DNA of 64,000 nucleotides from a virus. Of the stretch, positions 32,101 to 40,028 are shown piece by piece. The stretch's first letter is position 1. The number at the start of each line of letters is the position of its first letter. The stretch spans positions 32,001 through 96,000 of IMG/VR virus record IMGVR_UViG_3300025687_000026; one strand, given 5' to 3'. The position numbers and the translations under genes were made by a program. The notes under the pieces were generated by a model. It was not told the origin of the DNA. It searched no databases and was given only the letters and a program-made list of their open reading frames with translations.

Positions 32101-35100
32101 CTCCACGACTCTTCGCGAAGAGTCCTTCAATAGCGTGCGGATTGTTGTAAGTCATGTTAGCCCACACCGTATCACCGTGACGCAAACCACCTTGGGCGTA
32201 AGGGAAAAGCCACGAGCGATTGAGAATGGCCTCATCATCGTTCTTCATGACATTGTGACAACCCACTCGCAAGTAAGCCGTCAAAGCAGCGTCAGCAGCG
32301 ATATTCTGCAAGTCAATCAAGACATCGGGCAGCATTGAGCCGTCCAGCGTAATAATTGTGTCCGTGGTCGGTATGGCTTGAGCCTGACCCTCGTCAATGA
32401 GTTGAACTCGACCGAGGTAGAGCACGCTCTCTGTTTTACCCGTAGCGATGACATAACGCTCAACATAGACCTCATCACCCACCTGCACATCCAACCCGGT
32501 CGTGTTGGCTTGCAGTAGACCGTTGTGTGTCGGGTTGGTTACGGTGATGCTAACGGGAGTTGGAGTAGGCGTGGCTCTGATAATCCAAGGATGTCGACCG
32601 GTAGGCGGTCGGTAAGTATCACTAATGTTGAGATTGTCTTCAAGCGCACGACTAAAGCGGTCGATAGAATAACCGAGGTCAAAACCACGGCGGGTGAGTA
32701 GAGCATCTTGGTCAAGAATAAACTCAGGCTGTGTTCGGTCGAGGTAGTTGGGTAGAGCACCGCCCTTGTTGAAAATGTCTTCAACAAGGATGGAGTTGCG
32801 GAATTGCTCGGGGCTGGTTGGACTACCACTCAATGCAGCGAAAGTCGCCGAGGCGTCACCCCAGTAGATGAAGCGACGAGTGGTGCCGTCAGGTGAAAAT
32901 GTCTCAAGGCCGTAGTGGTAATCTCCTGTCTCGTAGACGATGTTACCGTTTGAGTCGAGCGTAGGTGAGATGTTTGGGAAGAGGTCAGCGTCCTCTTCAG
33001 ACAAAGAGATGACTGCGAGCCCGGTGAAAGTGCTACCGTTCATGATAGGAGTAACACCAAGCACCGAGCCCCGTGCACGCCCGCTGAAGACACGAGGAGC
33101 GTGAGGGTTTGTAGTCGGCCCTGCTTTGAACTCAACAGCACTGACATACTGACGCAGACCATAATCGACATTCCCACCCTGCGTCTTAACGCTGGCCGAG
33201 TCATGGTAGTATTCGCTGCGTCGCTCAATGGCGGACGACGGAGAGAGAGGGCTACCTTCAAGCGGCACCAACGATTCAGATTGGTAGAAACCACCGACGA
33301 GAAGCATCATGCCCGGCTCATGCAGTCGCAAGAAGTTTTCAGAGTAGGCCCAAGGTTCATCTTCAAACTCCAAATAACCGTCAGCAGCAGGGTCGTTCTC
33401 GTAAATAATCCAATCGCCGCTGGGTAAGAAAGCGCGTTGATGGCGTTGCACTTCCTCGACATAGAAGTAGTCAGGCTCAGAGCCGACCACCTTGTTGATG
33501 TTAGCAGCGGGGAAGATGTCGGGGTTGCTCACATAGAGTCGGTAGAAACCACTGACGACTTCTGCTCTGTGTTGAATTGACGCACTGCGGGTATGTTCAC
33601 TTTGTGAAAGAGCATAGGCATAAGCGGCGTGGGCCGTCCGGTCAGCGGGAGATACCTCAGGGTAGCGACGCCCGACCGGTGAGGGGTTCCATGTGTGTGC
33701 TGTCATGGTTGGGTCGAGATGCAACTTCAGTGAGTTATCAGGACCGGGGAAAATACCTTCAGCGGCGTTTTCAAAGAACTGTTCGTTGAAGAGTGGGATT
33801 TCAACAAGCGCACGAGTGCTGGCGAACTGAGTGCCTAATTGATAATCGTGGGTTACGGTGTCCATGGATTGGAACATACGGTCGTTGACAGTGGTGCCGT
33901 CAGATGCTGCGTTTTCCATGTAGAAGTTACCGTCACCAAGGATAATTTCACCAAGAGAGAAAGAGCCAGCACTGCCGCTCGCTACAGCACCTGCTTCGGC
34001 ACTTAGACCGGACGCATCGGCCCATTCGTAGAAGTTAGCGACCTCGGACCCGTCAGGCAAAACGAAGCGCCCGCTACCTACGGTGGCGTCAGTAAAAAAG
34101 AAGCCCACGCCGTTCTTGCTGGTGTATTCGGCGCTTGCACCAGTCTTGAGGTAAAGTCGCCCCCTTTTGGGGAAGGGATAGGTTCCCCATGCTTTGAGGT
34201 CATCTGAACCGTTGTTGAGTGCTCGGACTTCGATAAATTGCACTCGGTCGGCCGCAGTTATGTTGCGGTCAACACGAATCGAAGTAGCAAAACATGAGAA
34301 GCCTCGTCGAGTGTTATAAGGCAGCCTCGAAAGAGCACTCGGGTCAAAAGACGGATTGGTGTCGTAGGCACCCTGACCTACACCACCAAGCGTCACGGAC
34401 ACAACAGGAGCGTTTGGGTCAATCTCCTTCACGACATGCGAATCAGGACTACCTGAGCCAATCTCGTCGACGCTCCGCTCAACAGCGGCCGAGTTAAGGC
34501 CCACACAACGCACCTTGGTGTAACGAGAGCCTCCGTCGTCAGACTCTTCTTCAGCGACGCTGCGCAAGCGTGCACGAGTCATAAGAAACATAACGGTAGC
34601 GTAGTGAGCGTCTTTACCATGACTACTCTCTGTTTTGATGTGCCGCAACTGAGCAGTTCGACGACGGTCAGACGGTTGCACGAAGATACGCTGAGCGATG
34701 GTCGGCAAAGCGACAGCGTGGTTGTCAACGATGTCAAACATTTCATGCACGGGGCCGCTTGAAGCAGCGATACCGATGTCAAACTCACCGGCGCTCGGTG
34801 ACGCAATCTCTTCGCCCGGCGAGCGCACTGGGGGGACGAAGTCTTCCGCCGCATTTGCCTCAACGATGATGTGATGAAACACGGACTCGTGAGCCGTCTT
34901 TGTCGTGTGTGAAGCGGAAATGTTTTGCGGAGGGCGACGAGGTTCATCACGCACTGTCGCATAATTTTGCGGTGTGTAACGCTCGTCCAGTTCGTCGTCG
35001 CTTTCGTAGCCCTCGCTGTTATCACCCACGAGGGCGTGCGAAAACGAGGCTTGAGCGTAGCCTCCTTCATGAGCATCAGCGACTTCAAGAATGCCGCCGG

Positions 35101-37168
35101 GAGCATGAATCGTGGCTGAGCCCAATGCTGCTTCAATAGCGTCGATGACATAGAAGTCCGGTCCTGTGCTAAGCAGAAGGTTAGAAGCAGGCACAGTCTT
35201 CTCGACCATAAGCATCGGAGCCGTCTTGTTCATACTGACTCCGGTGAAGTCGATAGCGTTGTAGTGAATCTCGACGAAAGGGGCCATCCCGTAGGACGAC
35301 AAGTCCACTTCAAGGATGGCGACTCTGCTGGTGGCTGAAGGACGCAAGTGATGCTTTCGCATGTTGGCGTCAACTTCACTCACCTTTTGAGGCACCGGCC
35401 CTTTGAGCACGAAAGGCATAGGGTCGAAGGTGGTGGACCCAGCACCACCAATCGCAATCAAGCGGCGTGAGGCACCGGTAAGGCCGTTGTCAACCGCTTC
35501 GTGAACGGTGCTGGTGGACACAACATTGACAATACGGGATTGAGCGATGTCACGGTAATAGTCAACACGACTGTTGATGGGGAATTGCTTCTCAATGCCT
35601 TTTGCGCCTTCGTCATAGAGGAGTTCAACGATGTCGGCGTTGCCCACTTGCTGGTCAAGAATCTCTTCGTTGGCCCGAGGCATGTTGCGCAAGTAGTGGT
35701 GGCCGATGACATGGTTGAGCGTGTGCCGACCTGAGTGACCGATTTGGAAAGACTCGTTGAGGGTGCTGGGCCAAACAACGGCGAAGGGGTTGTTGGGGTC
35801 GTTGCTTGTCGTCGCCATACGACTGGAGAAGACAATGCCGTGCTGCTCCAAGTCACTCTCGTCAAGCACCATTTGACCCGTGCGGTCAATCAGTTGCGAT
35901 GCGAGGTGAGGTGGTTGATAAGGACGACCCGTTCCATTGTCAAGGAGAAGGTCTGCAGCAACCACCACGAAGTAGTTATCACCAGTTGCAGCGCTGCGAG
36001 TGTGTAATACAGGGCGTAGCCCATCTCCGTTGGTGGAACTGCCGAAGTCAAGATGGACGCTGCTGACGAGTATCGCTCCCGTATCGACATTGATACGGTG
36101 GAGTCGAACACGCTCAGGAGGAGACTGATTTGGTTTTTCACTCTCTCGTCGGATAGCCCCCGGATTGATGAGGAGATTGTAAGGAACATGGGGCACAGCG
36201 TGTGTTTGTTTGGTGCCCGGCGTGGTTTTGTAATCGACCACCGCATAGTTGCCGGAGGAGTAGGGCGACGAAGTGAAGTCAATAATTCCTGCTGTGACTG
36301 CGGTTCCCGTCAATTTACTCGCTAATAAAGCAGCATCGCTTGTGCTGATGTTGATAGCCGAAAGATTGCTGTCTGCTGAGATGGAGTTGATGGTAAAGGT
36401 GCCTTCGATGGGGTCAATCGGCTCCTCAAAGCGAAACAACGCCAGCGTATCTTCACCGACCAATGCAGCGTTGCGAGTTACCATCTCGTTACTGAATACC
36501 GCTGAGATGTGGATGTTTTCAATGACGCCACGAAACTGACCTCCTGAGCCACCAATGTAGACATGTTCGTCCGATTCAGGTAATGTGTAGTTGCCGGGAA
36601 TGGCTTCACGAGCCATAAGTTCGCCGTTGATGTAGAGCACAGCCGCCCCGTTGGTGACAGCAGCGACGATATGAATGAGTGGTCGCTGATTGATGTTGAG
36701 GTTTGTCGCATCGTCCTTGGCGGCGTCGAAGCGGTTGTAGGAGTCCTCAAAGCCACCGTAGGTTGTGCTGGGGTAGACGGTGCCGTCGTAGCCCGTGGTG
36801 AGCGTCGTAGCGGTGCTGAGGATAACCTTGCGCACACCACCCTCACTGATGATGTTGACCTCAAACACGGCGGGGCCGGGCGTGTCAACGCTGCCGATGC
36901 TGAGTTGGAACTGCTTGTCCTTGGACAACACGACGCCGCCACAGTCAGGCGTGACCCACGCTTCAATAGCAATTTGACCGCCAAGAGCGTCGCTGATAGC
37001 GCTGGCTACCCGTGCACCTTGAGAAGAGGTGCTGATGATGTCCGAAGCGCTACGGTCGCCGTCAGCAGTGTCTCGGCCCAATTTACTGAAGACACCTTGC
37101 GGGATGATGACTCCGTCGCTCACGCCATCAAAGAAGAGGGCGTGGTTTGACTGGAGCATAATCGGCAT
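20186..37168 (-). CDS. Giant (5660 aa) virion protein with N-terminal LamG/concanavalin-like domain
   Basis: 17-kb uninterrupted ORF; ALFFDG..D, IEAWV.P, HIVA, LYING, YIGG...FRG.I..I, L.RFEE LamG pattern. Confidence 0.8.
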   Translation of the reverse strand: MPIMLQSNHALFFDGVSDGVIIPQGVFSKLGRDTADGDRSASDIISTSSQGARVASAISDALGGQIAIEAWVTPDCGGVVLSKDKQFQLSIGSVDTPGPAVFEVNIISEGGVRKVILSTATTLTTGYDGTVYPSTTYGGFEDSYNRFDAAKDDATNLNINQRPLIHIVAAVTNGAAVLYINGELMAREAIPGNYTLPESDEHVYIGGSGGQFRGVIENIHISAVFSNEMVTRNAALVGEDTLALFRFEEPIDPIEGTFTINSISADSNLSAINISTSDAALLASKLTGTAVTAGIIDFTSSPYSSGNYAVVDYKTTPGTKQTHAVPHVPYNLLINPGAIRRESEKPNQSPPERVRLHRINVDTGAILVSSVHLDFGSSTNGDGLRPVLHTRSAATGDNYFVVVAADLLLDNGTGRPYQPPHLASQLIDRTGQMVLDESDLEQHGIVFSSRMATTSNDPNNPFAVVWPSTLNESFQIGHSGRHTLNHVIGHHYLRNMPRANEEILDQQVGNADIVELLYDEGAKGIEKQFPINSRVDYYRDIAQSRIVNVVSTSTVHEAVDNGLTGASRRLIAIGGAGSTTFDPMPFVLKGPVPQKVSEVDANMRKHHLRPSATSRVAILEVDLSSYGMAPFVEIHYNAIDFTGVSMNKTAPMLMVEKTVPASNLLLSTGPDFYVIDAIEAALGSATIHAPGGILEVADAHEGGYAQASFSHALVGDNSEGYESDDELDERYTPQNYATVRDEPRRPPQNISASHTTKTAHESVFHHIIVEANAAEDFVPPVRSPGEEIASPSAGEFDIGIAASSGPVHEMFDIVDNHAVALPTIAQRIFVQPSDRRRTAQLRHIKTESSHGKDAHYATVMFLMTRARLRSVAEEESDDGGSRYTKVRCVGLNSAAVERSVDEIGSGSPDSHVVKEIDPNAPVVSVTLGGVGQGAYDTNPSFDPSALSRLPYNTRRGFSCFATSIRVDRNITAADRVQFIEVRALNNGSDDLKAWGTYPFPKRGRLYLKTGASAEYTSKNGVGFFFTDATVGSGRFVLPDGSEVANFYEWADASGLSAEAGAVASGSAGSFSLGEIILGDGNFYMENAASDGTTVNDRMFQSMDTVTHDYQLGTQFASTRALVEIPLFNEQFFENAAEGIFPGPDNSLKLHLDPTMTAHTWNPSPVGRRYPEVSPADRTAHAAYAYALSQSEHTRSASIQHRAEVVSGFYRLYVSNPDIFPAANINKVVGSEPDYFYVEEVQRHQRAFLPSGDWIIYENDPAADGYLEFEDEPWAYSENFLRLHEPGMMLLVGGFYQSESLVPLEGSPLSPSSAIERRSEYYHDSASVKTQGGNVDYGLRQYVSAVEFKAGPTTNPHAPRVFSGRARGSVLGVTPIMNGSTFTGLAVISLSEEDADLFPNISPTLDSNGNIVYETGDYHYGLETFSPDGTTRRFIYWGDASATFAALSGSPTSPEQFRNSILVEDIFNKGGALPNYLDRTQPEFILDQDALLTRRGFDLGYSIDRFSRALEDNLNISDTYRPPTGRHPWIIRATPTPTPVSITVTNPTHNGLLQANTTGLDVQVGDEVYVERYVIATGKTESVLYLGRVQLIDEGQAQAIPTTDTIITLDGSMLPDVLIDLQNIAADAALTAYLRVGCHNVMKNDDEAILNRSWLFPYAQGGLRHGDTVWANMTYNNPHAIEGLFAKSRGVFNEGLVWNEFNGGQGALSGEARDSLPLENFLIGNTCRETAINYAQHVNKTIEVNYAELGISNPPVVAYLDPMLNGDDHARVLLYDVAHDREFVAFQDLHMQVQTSAKVTEIGFQRHTTAQNIVDGSDQIDLGKYGIEYNGAGQHGYITQIDTAAGYPSQNKFVRNTTRSRFMESAYAHDLANHYAASVMKSPITGKVTALTPYYSSGANGSGYTAGTKATTTTGTGAGLTVTITVSGGAIATAVIASAGTGYQHNDVITVSGGTSGRFRVSVAPSGTSTHLTALDRITQYGKAHGHMVHTGYYTGGPFSERSIGDSIQPRTNDATVIPYWANEAHTYTRKVRSNLDRFIVALTLHREEKAGATTRDPSTLFDTPDGTRVVPAFLALRGIRSGALDLSSHDEQRLQHLKHWTEMDFTRRLTIDCGEVATRDGVTDIEAAAREVVRIINQAGAKNARTNLTNGETGSAFDPAVWWDSDKAFSTQDQGSHMGYFRAHLGRVVQDTKGREGFSVVIHSTVPGATGRNFAVWLDNARGQSAYQPEFLIGHGGRFRTFWCQPDELSGENMHPAPMPLNKHGRPFAPITSLRQYTLPDASSADVKSTGDFAQRGDESSDPVMRAMSMVTGSGQSFNTVNTESLEAEGYITNYTEGLRTGSQATGRVNFGGLVAAGIPGFAPDAGKWGFGRKGDKRFDKRYGDIQNTSGDTLPVTYTGHVPASQISHDAIGDSPLYGFQFIDHLGRRHGIRIVYRAINNNFTLDETQLPDTLEDEIVIYIDDRDVGQGGLTIGRHMRGLGDATGRFGANPSNATLIGWEGNRWNGVPSVNAAYDCKATYDSSAKTLTLEMTDPYNNCPHFDVLGYMGFPIEDGVIQVSDPFNAATAVGSWGHMFSYTSRTRNDNTGPHIFYGVEGTEFMTSHTFATASTVTVGAKRFGLNTTSIRALVSSCANWTTLVTDELLAAVVTTAINLPNPNIEEGVPFDCTEFFAADGRTLGQWGVAEDAIRIRAYNTARKVRPISDFFTATLHRDMAIQAAHVEHGDVQFVKMTKDGVTLPSSNNRAATDAQIDAGLRAECGYIPYTVVQVSTKGRGSNANTASPVLVDSSNEPVDTEVWEQNLNGQRFTAYSGDHILPMVNNPTLETDANDSYINSPKFPEVGLAAGSGKPWHFFRPAGNEGDTISSLAKVASFSSQSEVYFGNFSSALATTVNGGTASSGFTSLDHILIDEATLTGTPPDAKPSTDPTIQRYGALRAFRTAGVRVLGSLHSRSQVFFRGGRDSSDHWVPLFFGGGFSGVTIDVNDGSANDYSEKYTHPYANGPTGVAGIQHANETLSSFSLVDCNAIMAFFPGTALLNQHRGSINPPFFNQDSLLSPDIKGGTQTVHPDHPNPAPYTAGVAIQVPIPLVLRFAHPTARYNDHRDGVENKTTFLIFGPGQAFPFTQEEATPVNTYEPAPGRAITVGNTWSKVPAHTGSNTAFMPNHIMNDAGHYMPWTSTYQLNRGRFHWRQTINWEPAQGKPNVEILRQRPEAGRMYGEVFTSGATNLTVSNVHDYRMAHPNRHGVYMGFSMASSSDWCFHMDGGYHPGGSWMDNQITFNPPHPDDNSRVSKSAISGNELHPSAFRVAAPLATKILYGSSGAFVSETVTRDIIDMEYIAVDATRCQNGEELAALLGAAINTYPGGGALKAMGGTFLPSFSNAMKQDRYGWRELEGANIVDYAQGGGGIALNSSFITVDIGSNPDDGYNIPETGWIRTTNSFATTILGENSPAFAPYHSRIVLYVGGSYKVKFFLGQNRISGYGAFESVATWDNYLDGNPLTYPTLGSGVSGLKLYVWVKAGVHQWRNTTRVSGYGQVHFNGLVDAIDRTKPVGVAGWAGERYSYLNTLSGGLSGQYAAGLGAWHASLGFSPYGGSMGCASVLGHLPNITPMPNSPESAPPNNGSDGLATFPSNSNPDAPQDRYDMGTDSGSYTLAFTDSSDFNTPPIMENEPEMQKELTHMQGVFSRAMLVISHESELALVAKTDRDGQKSVGDWLRLVDAADVTKAGTVRWDDRIHGQDRFYAPAHAGPNVEALIHNATSRPTISDYTVTNALDGAPFDAEFSLHPPITAESDLENAEPCFTKTGDLFFDLDKSIGSHFSASAGAQRNVAANFYASASVQPSTLFGGTKQKNTFWVGDVNAYEMYARSPAKNFNIEHVVWKRMDGGSLSMPAVNARGLGAVPWVNRVSGGVGYTTGEKLLGNVRFSFETTNSAMLPVLQAQELAHPQLAEKHRIKLQNVLEIPNEHLQFEEMEVIDDTGQTHTLSGGSPLGVVIRAFRAAGERLASGLAPSVANTSTSPNLVVQLPDPESIPGNILVRSGFDRLQAYQNETMGDGGMIHPDLGASHLGHLFDNAISGPRYGPTMNEVGWEHIAEGSAFPDSTKNGWVETTGNRPLQSSYELHDRTLFFHVTKMGHSHTDRFPTVYTHSNGVETQSLTVSSYSSGVLTASATINSRVFDAAFASKEVSDNRRFLRLSSSGDSCVVSYTGISGDTFTGVVGDIDFTEFIAANPSATITPSYYIPAGSTRFFAARRLRDHAEVSGNSPDMAHTEYITGTALLAHTRYSKPQLTPMPMPRMGHHFVNATMPMLPGHWAHPAYQGLYGKHEAERRATLQDADLIRLLENVDPTTTTLPASVTDYLHPLNPQLRIGSLTATPSGPSDIHGGAFTLMFETKVRFDGYGVLASKGDAGDINKAGGHSIVLEAGANYTQDGHFPDPAEVGAYQIVIQPNLRKQQLTGFHHNNSDASALPDGTARELTGQQVHLVVGIKYDSERGTAIGAATLILSEATLADVRGCEIFVNEVILDHDPDHGSQFSNLPPMLLYNALGVQGSESPTFTRRSHPYHTSMFVDATPGYTLNIPWWSILHKNSPDDATATGFRHLALYRLDNYYEFCRASHGALGAQLTLGGYPSISPDIYSKVLANTSISPVATVQSTGVGYIQVDDASLFPEVPYYGQQLVYTDNDGVTQTLSYTKRTGLTYSSGTMNQPYRFITTALSLPSAGTVLRLSRPYSREVSTSLLTKSQGVLSLNLDQLRGGTRDTNSLYTPDAFVCAWHPNLGRPHTFYSDSSRTWGDATDDRAVDKAAYNSMPEHFETVHYHGVNYAASLGPFHLDFKTPEPPSQFSGTFQSAAGSPSTITMNADVSSDGASAGDYIFVEGKVLGKIAGGGISGVNIVLTTDILFTPAVGSKVYFGADGTAETAANIHIMSGYQAQGSNTVMLSHYWPSGSRGGPLVSRLDGYAAWSAAWNLPALYEAGGGKHWEDTGDAASYTASDGIGIASSLVSTRSYPFGYRFGLRQPWNRPQWGHYGMRAFTESSYSSSNLTLGYKPGPLVEYESQDWNYAGGAGLTPKTLPTTYVGVMERQTNFSGMLGPDKPEWQVRYSDGRRMTRSFGCPVRIIRNNADAPRDWWGDSQGLGIGTIEGAAGYYLVDWWGNTRGEDVRKAPVRGFGIRPAWDAGDAYEYDRTYGRSPYARLWNGGKPIVNFKGVVDPLTGKVLSSPTEVIPRFGGRLNDTNNNNAFVLVDVFAPTNAMRVGDMGGGRGVRYPTQFNEDVLTELSAVYEGSGVVLSHHTAEPTFGQGLLRPRDDVLQPDEVKRGISGRLEIAEDGLLKPEAAVSDRVESITGTSVHKEPISRSSPRIGIDADTLESFSTGINADMVAINSEAHSLHTDRGVGQRIVLQGGLQSGSQTLEDYDLTSLSFAAQPQGGVMRFSHTGNIKPMGGTYILESRSFVNPFDDTGWGRSGSGTTSNPYQTTTSTTTPHNLTDTTVRFMLRPVRLLDNQHIEVFRPVRAVASGTPQYGSTFYTATAGGKYGLFTYESTNASAGSYMRATVPDGNAPYQPVYLMESSSDTVPVSKGPKLPGSAMPTFDTGTLKSTVTRLLISENTLQHYRSDAPRRTGSGKDYSVKPRFSQSLHSKGHKADVTYNTSDHSGDAP

Positions 37169-37177
37169 CGTATCACC

Positions 37178-38413
37178 TCAAGCGAGCACATCAATAGGAG
37201 CGAAAACCATTTGGAAGGTGTAGACCTGTTCACCTGCTGAGTAGCCGACATCGAACTTCTGAATAGCGCCTTTGATGCCTGTGAACTTATCGTCCTTCAG
37301 AAACTCACCACCGGCGGGCTTGTTGTTGTTTTGCGACATCTTATCATTGACATTGAGGCCCAGCCCAGTAGGCACGAGGAAGTTGCGAGCAGCGTATTTT
37401 TGCCCGTCCGGTGCAGTAATCATCGAGTTGTAAGGGATTTGCAGACCAATGGGGTAGTCGCCGTCTGTAAAGAGGGAAAAGAGTCCGCCAGCAGCAGCAG
37501 AACTGCCTCCGACAATAGCAGCACCTGCTATGAGTCCCACACCACCCGTGGCGATGACTGCTCCTGCTGCAATCAAGCCACCAGCAACTGCTGCTGAGCC
37601 CGTTCGCTGCGTGTTGTGCAGAATACCGTAAAGGTCCTGCACTTTGTCACCTGCTGATTTCAGCGTAGTCGATGCGTCAAAGCCACCCGTGAACTGTGTG
37701 TGGTAAGGAATGAACTCAGCGGAGTTGTTGAAGAGGAGGCTCGTGGACCGGTTCATTGGCCCGCTGTTTATCTGCCTGATGATGAGGCGAGTGTTGCCCG
37801 CAGACGGGACCTTTTTGGAAGCCACTACACTTACCGTGAGATAACTGCTGAGCGCAGGCGCAGTGCTGATGGCCGTGGACACGGCAGTGGCCAGTTGAGG
37901 ACCGGTGATGGAAGCCCCCGTGCTGGTGTCATAAACACGAATGTTAGTGCCGCTCACATAGCCCACTGAGCCCGAGGATGACTCGAATTGAATGATAGCA
38001 GCGCTTGTTGCACCTGAGGAGAGTTTGAGGTATAACTGCAGCGTCCCAAGTCCAGTTGCTAAGTTTTGATAGAAAGCAGGGTTGACTGCAGCGAGTGCTC
38101 CGTTGCTGAGGGTGAACTTACTCTCGAATGCAAAGTCAATCTCCGCTTGAGCAGCCGTAGCGGCTTTGGTCGCTCGGCTGAGGTCATCGTCCACGAACAC
38201 GCCTTCAATGATAATAGTGGAGTTGACACGGTTGAGGTCGATGCCGTAACGACGACCGCCAGTAAAGGGAGCAGGCATGCCGCCGACTTTACGCTCTACG
38301 CTCAAGGCGATGGACTGAGCGCTGAGTTCCATACCACTACTGTAACCTGCAGCAGCCATGGCTGTCGGATTATCGAAGTGCAGACGGATGGGCGTGCCGT
38401 AGCCATCAGCCAT
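37178..38413 (-). CDS. Distal tail/baseplate protein with hydrophobic Gly/Ala segment
   Basis: Follows the tape measure gene; tube-like N- and C-terminal beta patterns. Confidence 0.55.
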   Translation of the reverse strand: MADGYGTPIRLHFDNPTAMAAAGYSSGMELSAQSIALSVERKVGGMPAPFTGGRRYGIDLNRVNSTIIIEGVFVDDDLSRATKAATAAQAEIDFAFESKFTLSNGALAAVNPAFYQNLATGLGTLQLYLKLSSGATSAAIIQFESSSGSVGYVSGTNIRVYDTSTGASITGPQLATAVSTAISTAPALSSYLTVSVVASKKVPSAGNTRLIIRQINSGPMNRSTSLLFNNSAEFIPYHTQFTGGFDASTTLKSAGDKVQDLYGILHNTQRTGSAAVAGGLIAAGAVIATGGVGLIAGAAIVGGSSAAAGGLFSLFTDGDYPIGLQIPYNSMITAPDGQKYAARNFLVPTGLGLNVNDKMSQNNNKPAGGEFLKDDKFTGIKGAIQKFDVGYSAGEQVYTFQMVFAPIDVLA

Positions 38414-38415
38414 GC

Positions 38416-39750
38416 TCAGACCCTCCCTCGCATCGTCGTGCCGCCCAGTGCGCGGGAGACTTCTTGCTGAATCATGTTACCCATCTGACGGGCCATCTCA
38501 CGCTTGTCCGTGCGGTCAGTGATGCCGCTGGGATTGATGCTGATGTTGAAGGTGTTTCCACCTCCACCTCCACCGTCCTTCATCTCTACAGGGATGGAGC
38601 GTCCGCCGGACAGGGGCACGACTGCCTCAGTGCCGTGGAGCATGACAGGGTAGCCGCCAGTAGGTCCGCTGGCTACGCCGCCCTCAGAGAAGCCAAGAAG
38701 GCCCGCTGCGCCGTCAACAGCACCGCCGATGAAGCCACCTACACCACTGGCTAACTTTCCGATACCTTCGACGATGGGTCCCAAAATACCCCAAATCGCA
38801 TCAAGTGCAGGTGAGATGTAACTGTCGTATGCTGATTGCAGCCCGGTAGCAAAAGCGTCAAAGCCCGCTTTCGCAAGGTCAATGCCTGCGAGGATGCCGT
38901 CCCAAGCCAGTTTGAACGGAGCCAAAATAATGCCGAGAGCGGTCTTGATGGGGCTCATGAACCTATCAAACGCTACGCCCATGGCCGCCATGATGACATC
39001 CCAGTTGTCTTGAATGAGAGCGAAGGAGTCGAATAGAGGGCTGAATACCGCCATAATTGGATTTTTGACATAGGTTTCCCAAGCAACGCTGAGTGCAGTA
39101 GCCACTTCACCCCATCGCTCCTTGATGCTGGTAAATGCCGCCAACAACGGGTCAATGAACGGCTGGAGAATCTTACCGAGACTGTTGTCCCATGCGGCTT
39201 TCAGGTTTTCCATAACGCCGTCCCAATTGCCTTTCGCCAGTTCCATACCGACTTTGAAGAGGTCGACGAAAGGCTGAATGATAGGCATGATAACCGCGTC
39301 CCAAACGGTCTTCAATCCTTCCATGACTCCGTCCCAGTCTCCTTTGACAAGCGCCATGCCCGCCGTAAAGAGGCCAGTAAAGACGCTGATGAGGGGGTCA
39401 ACAACAGTGTTCCACACCACCTGTAAGGCCGCCATGAGAACCTCCCATGCTGCTTTAAGAAGGTCAAAAGCCGTGCCGAAGGTGGCTGAAAAGACAGCCC
39501 CTATAGCCTCAAGAGCAGGTTGAGCGAACGCCAGCAACTCATCAAACACAGGAGCGATGTTTTCGTTCCAAAAATCCTTGATGCCTTGAAACTTCTCTTG
39601 AACAAATGTCATAGCGCCGCCGATTGCGCCCATGATGGCTGAGCCTGCTCCTGCTACAATTCCTCCAATGCTGCTCAAAATACCAGTTAGGCCTCCAGCG
39701 CTCGTAAGAGCACCGTTCAGCGCAACCGTCAAAGCAGCAAATGCAACCAT
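38416..39750 (-). CDS. Tape measure protein
   Basis: Amphipathic W/F-periodic repeats (GDWDGVMEGLKTVWD / GNWDGVMENLKAAWD), C-terminal F..GG...GP.....HG.EAVVPL; follows the tail chaperones. Confidence 0.85.
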   Translation of the reverse strand: MVAFAALTVALNGALTSAGGLTGILSSIGGIVAGAGSAIMGAIGGAMTFVQEKFQGIKDFWNENIAPVFDELLAFAQPALEAIGAVFSATFGTAFDLLKAAWEVLMAALQVVWNTVVDPLISVFTGLFTAGMALVKGDWDGVMEGLKTVWDAVIMPIIQPFVDLFKVGMELAKGNWDGVMENLKAAWDNSLGKILQPFIDPLLAAFTSIKERWGEVATALSVAWETYVKNPIMAVFSPLFDSFALIQDNWDVIMAAMGVAFDRFMSPIKTALGIILAPFKLAWDGILAGIDLAKAGFDAFATGLQSAYDSYISPALDAIWGILGPIVEGIGKLASGVGGFIGGAVDGAAGLLGFSEGGVASGPTGGYPVMLHGTEAVVPLSGGRSIPVEMKDGGGGGGNTFNISINPSGITDRTDKREMARQMGNMIQQEVSRALGGTTMRGRV

Positions 39751-40028
39751 CAAAAGTCCTCCGTCTCAAGCCAAGCATAATCAAGAGACACCGTCTCCTG
39801 ACCTCCGCTTTTTGCCTCTTGTCGCTGCCTCTTCATTTCCTTTTCCTCTTGACTTCTGCCGACAAGCGCCCAAACGAGAGATTGCTGGAAAGTTTCGGGC
39901 GTCATCTCATGCACTTCCTTCAGTGAAATACCGTAGTGCTTCGCCACGATATACCCCCACAGTTCCATTTGCATCCCGACATCGTCGGGGGTGGCGACGG
40001 TCTTGCGACTGAGGAAAGCCTCAATCAC
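39750..40028 (-). CDS. Tail assembly chaperone, second (gpT-like) frame
   Basis: HYGISLKEVHEMTP pattern; lies in the -1 frame of the upstream chaperone, directly before the tape measure. Confidence 0.75.
   Translation of the reverse strand: MIEAFLSRKTVATPDDVGMQMELWGYIVAKHYGISLKEVHEMTPETFQQSLVWALVGRSQEEKEMKRQRQEAKSGGQETVSLDYAWLETEDF

Noticed and set aside
15390-37168. Diversity-generating retroelement acting on fibre genes
   Set aside because: No reverse transcriptase and no adenine-specific template/variable repeat pair seen in this window.
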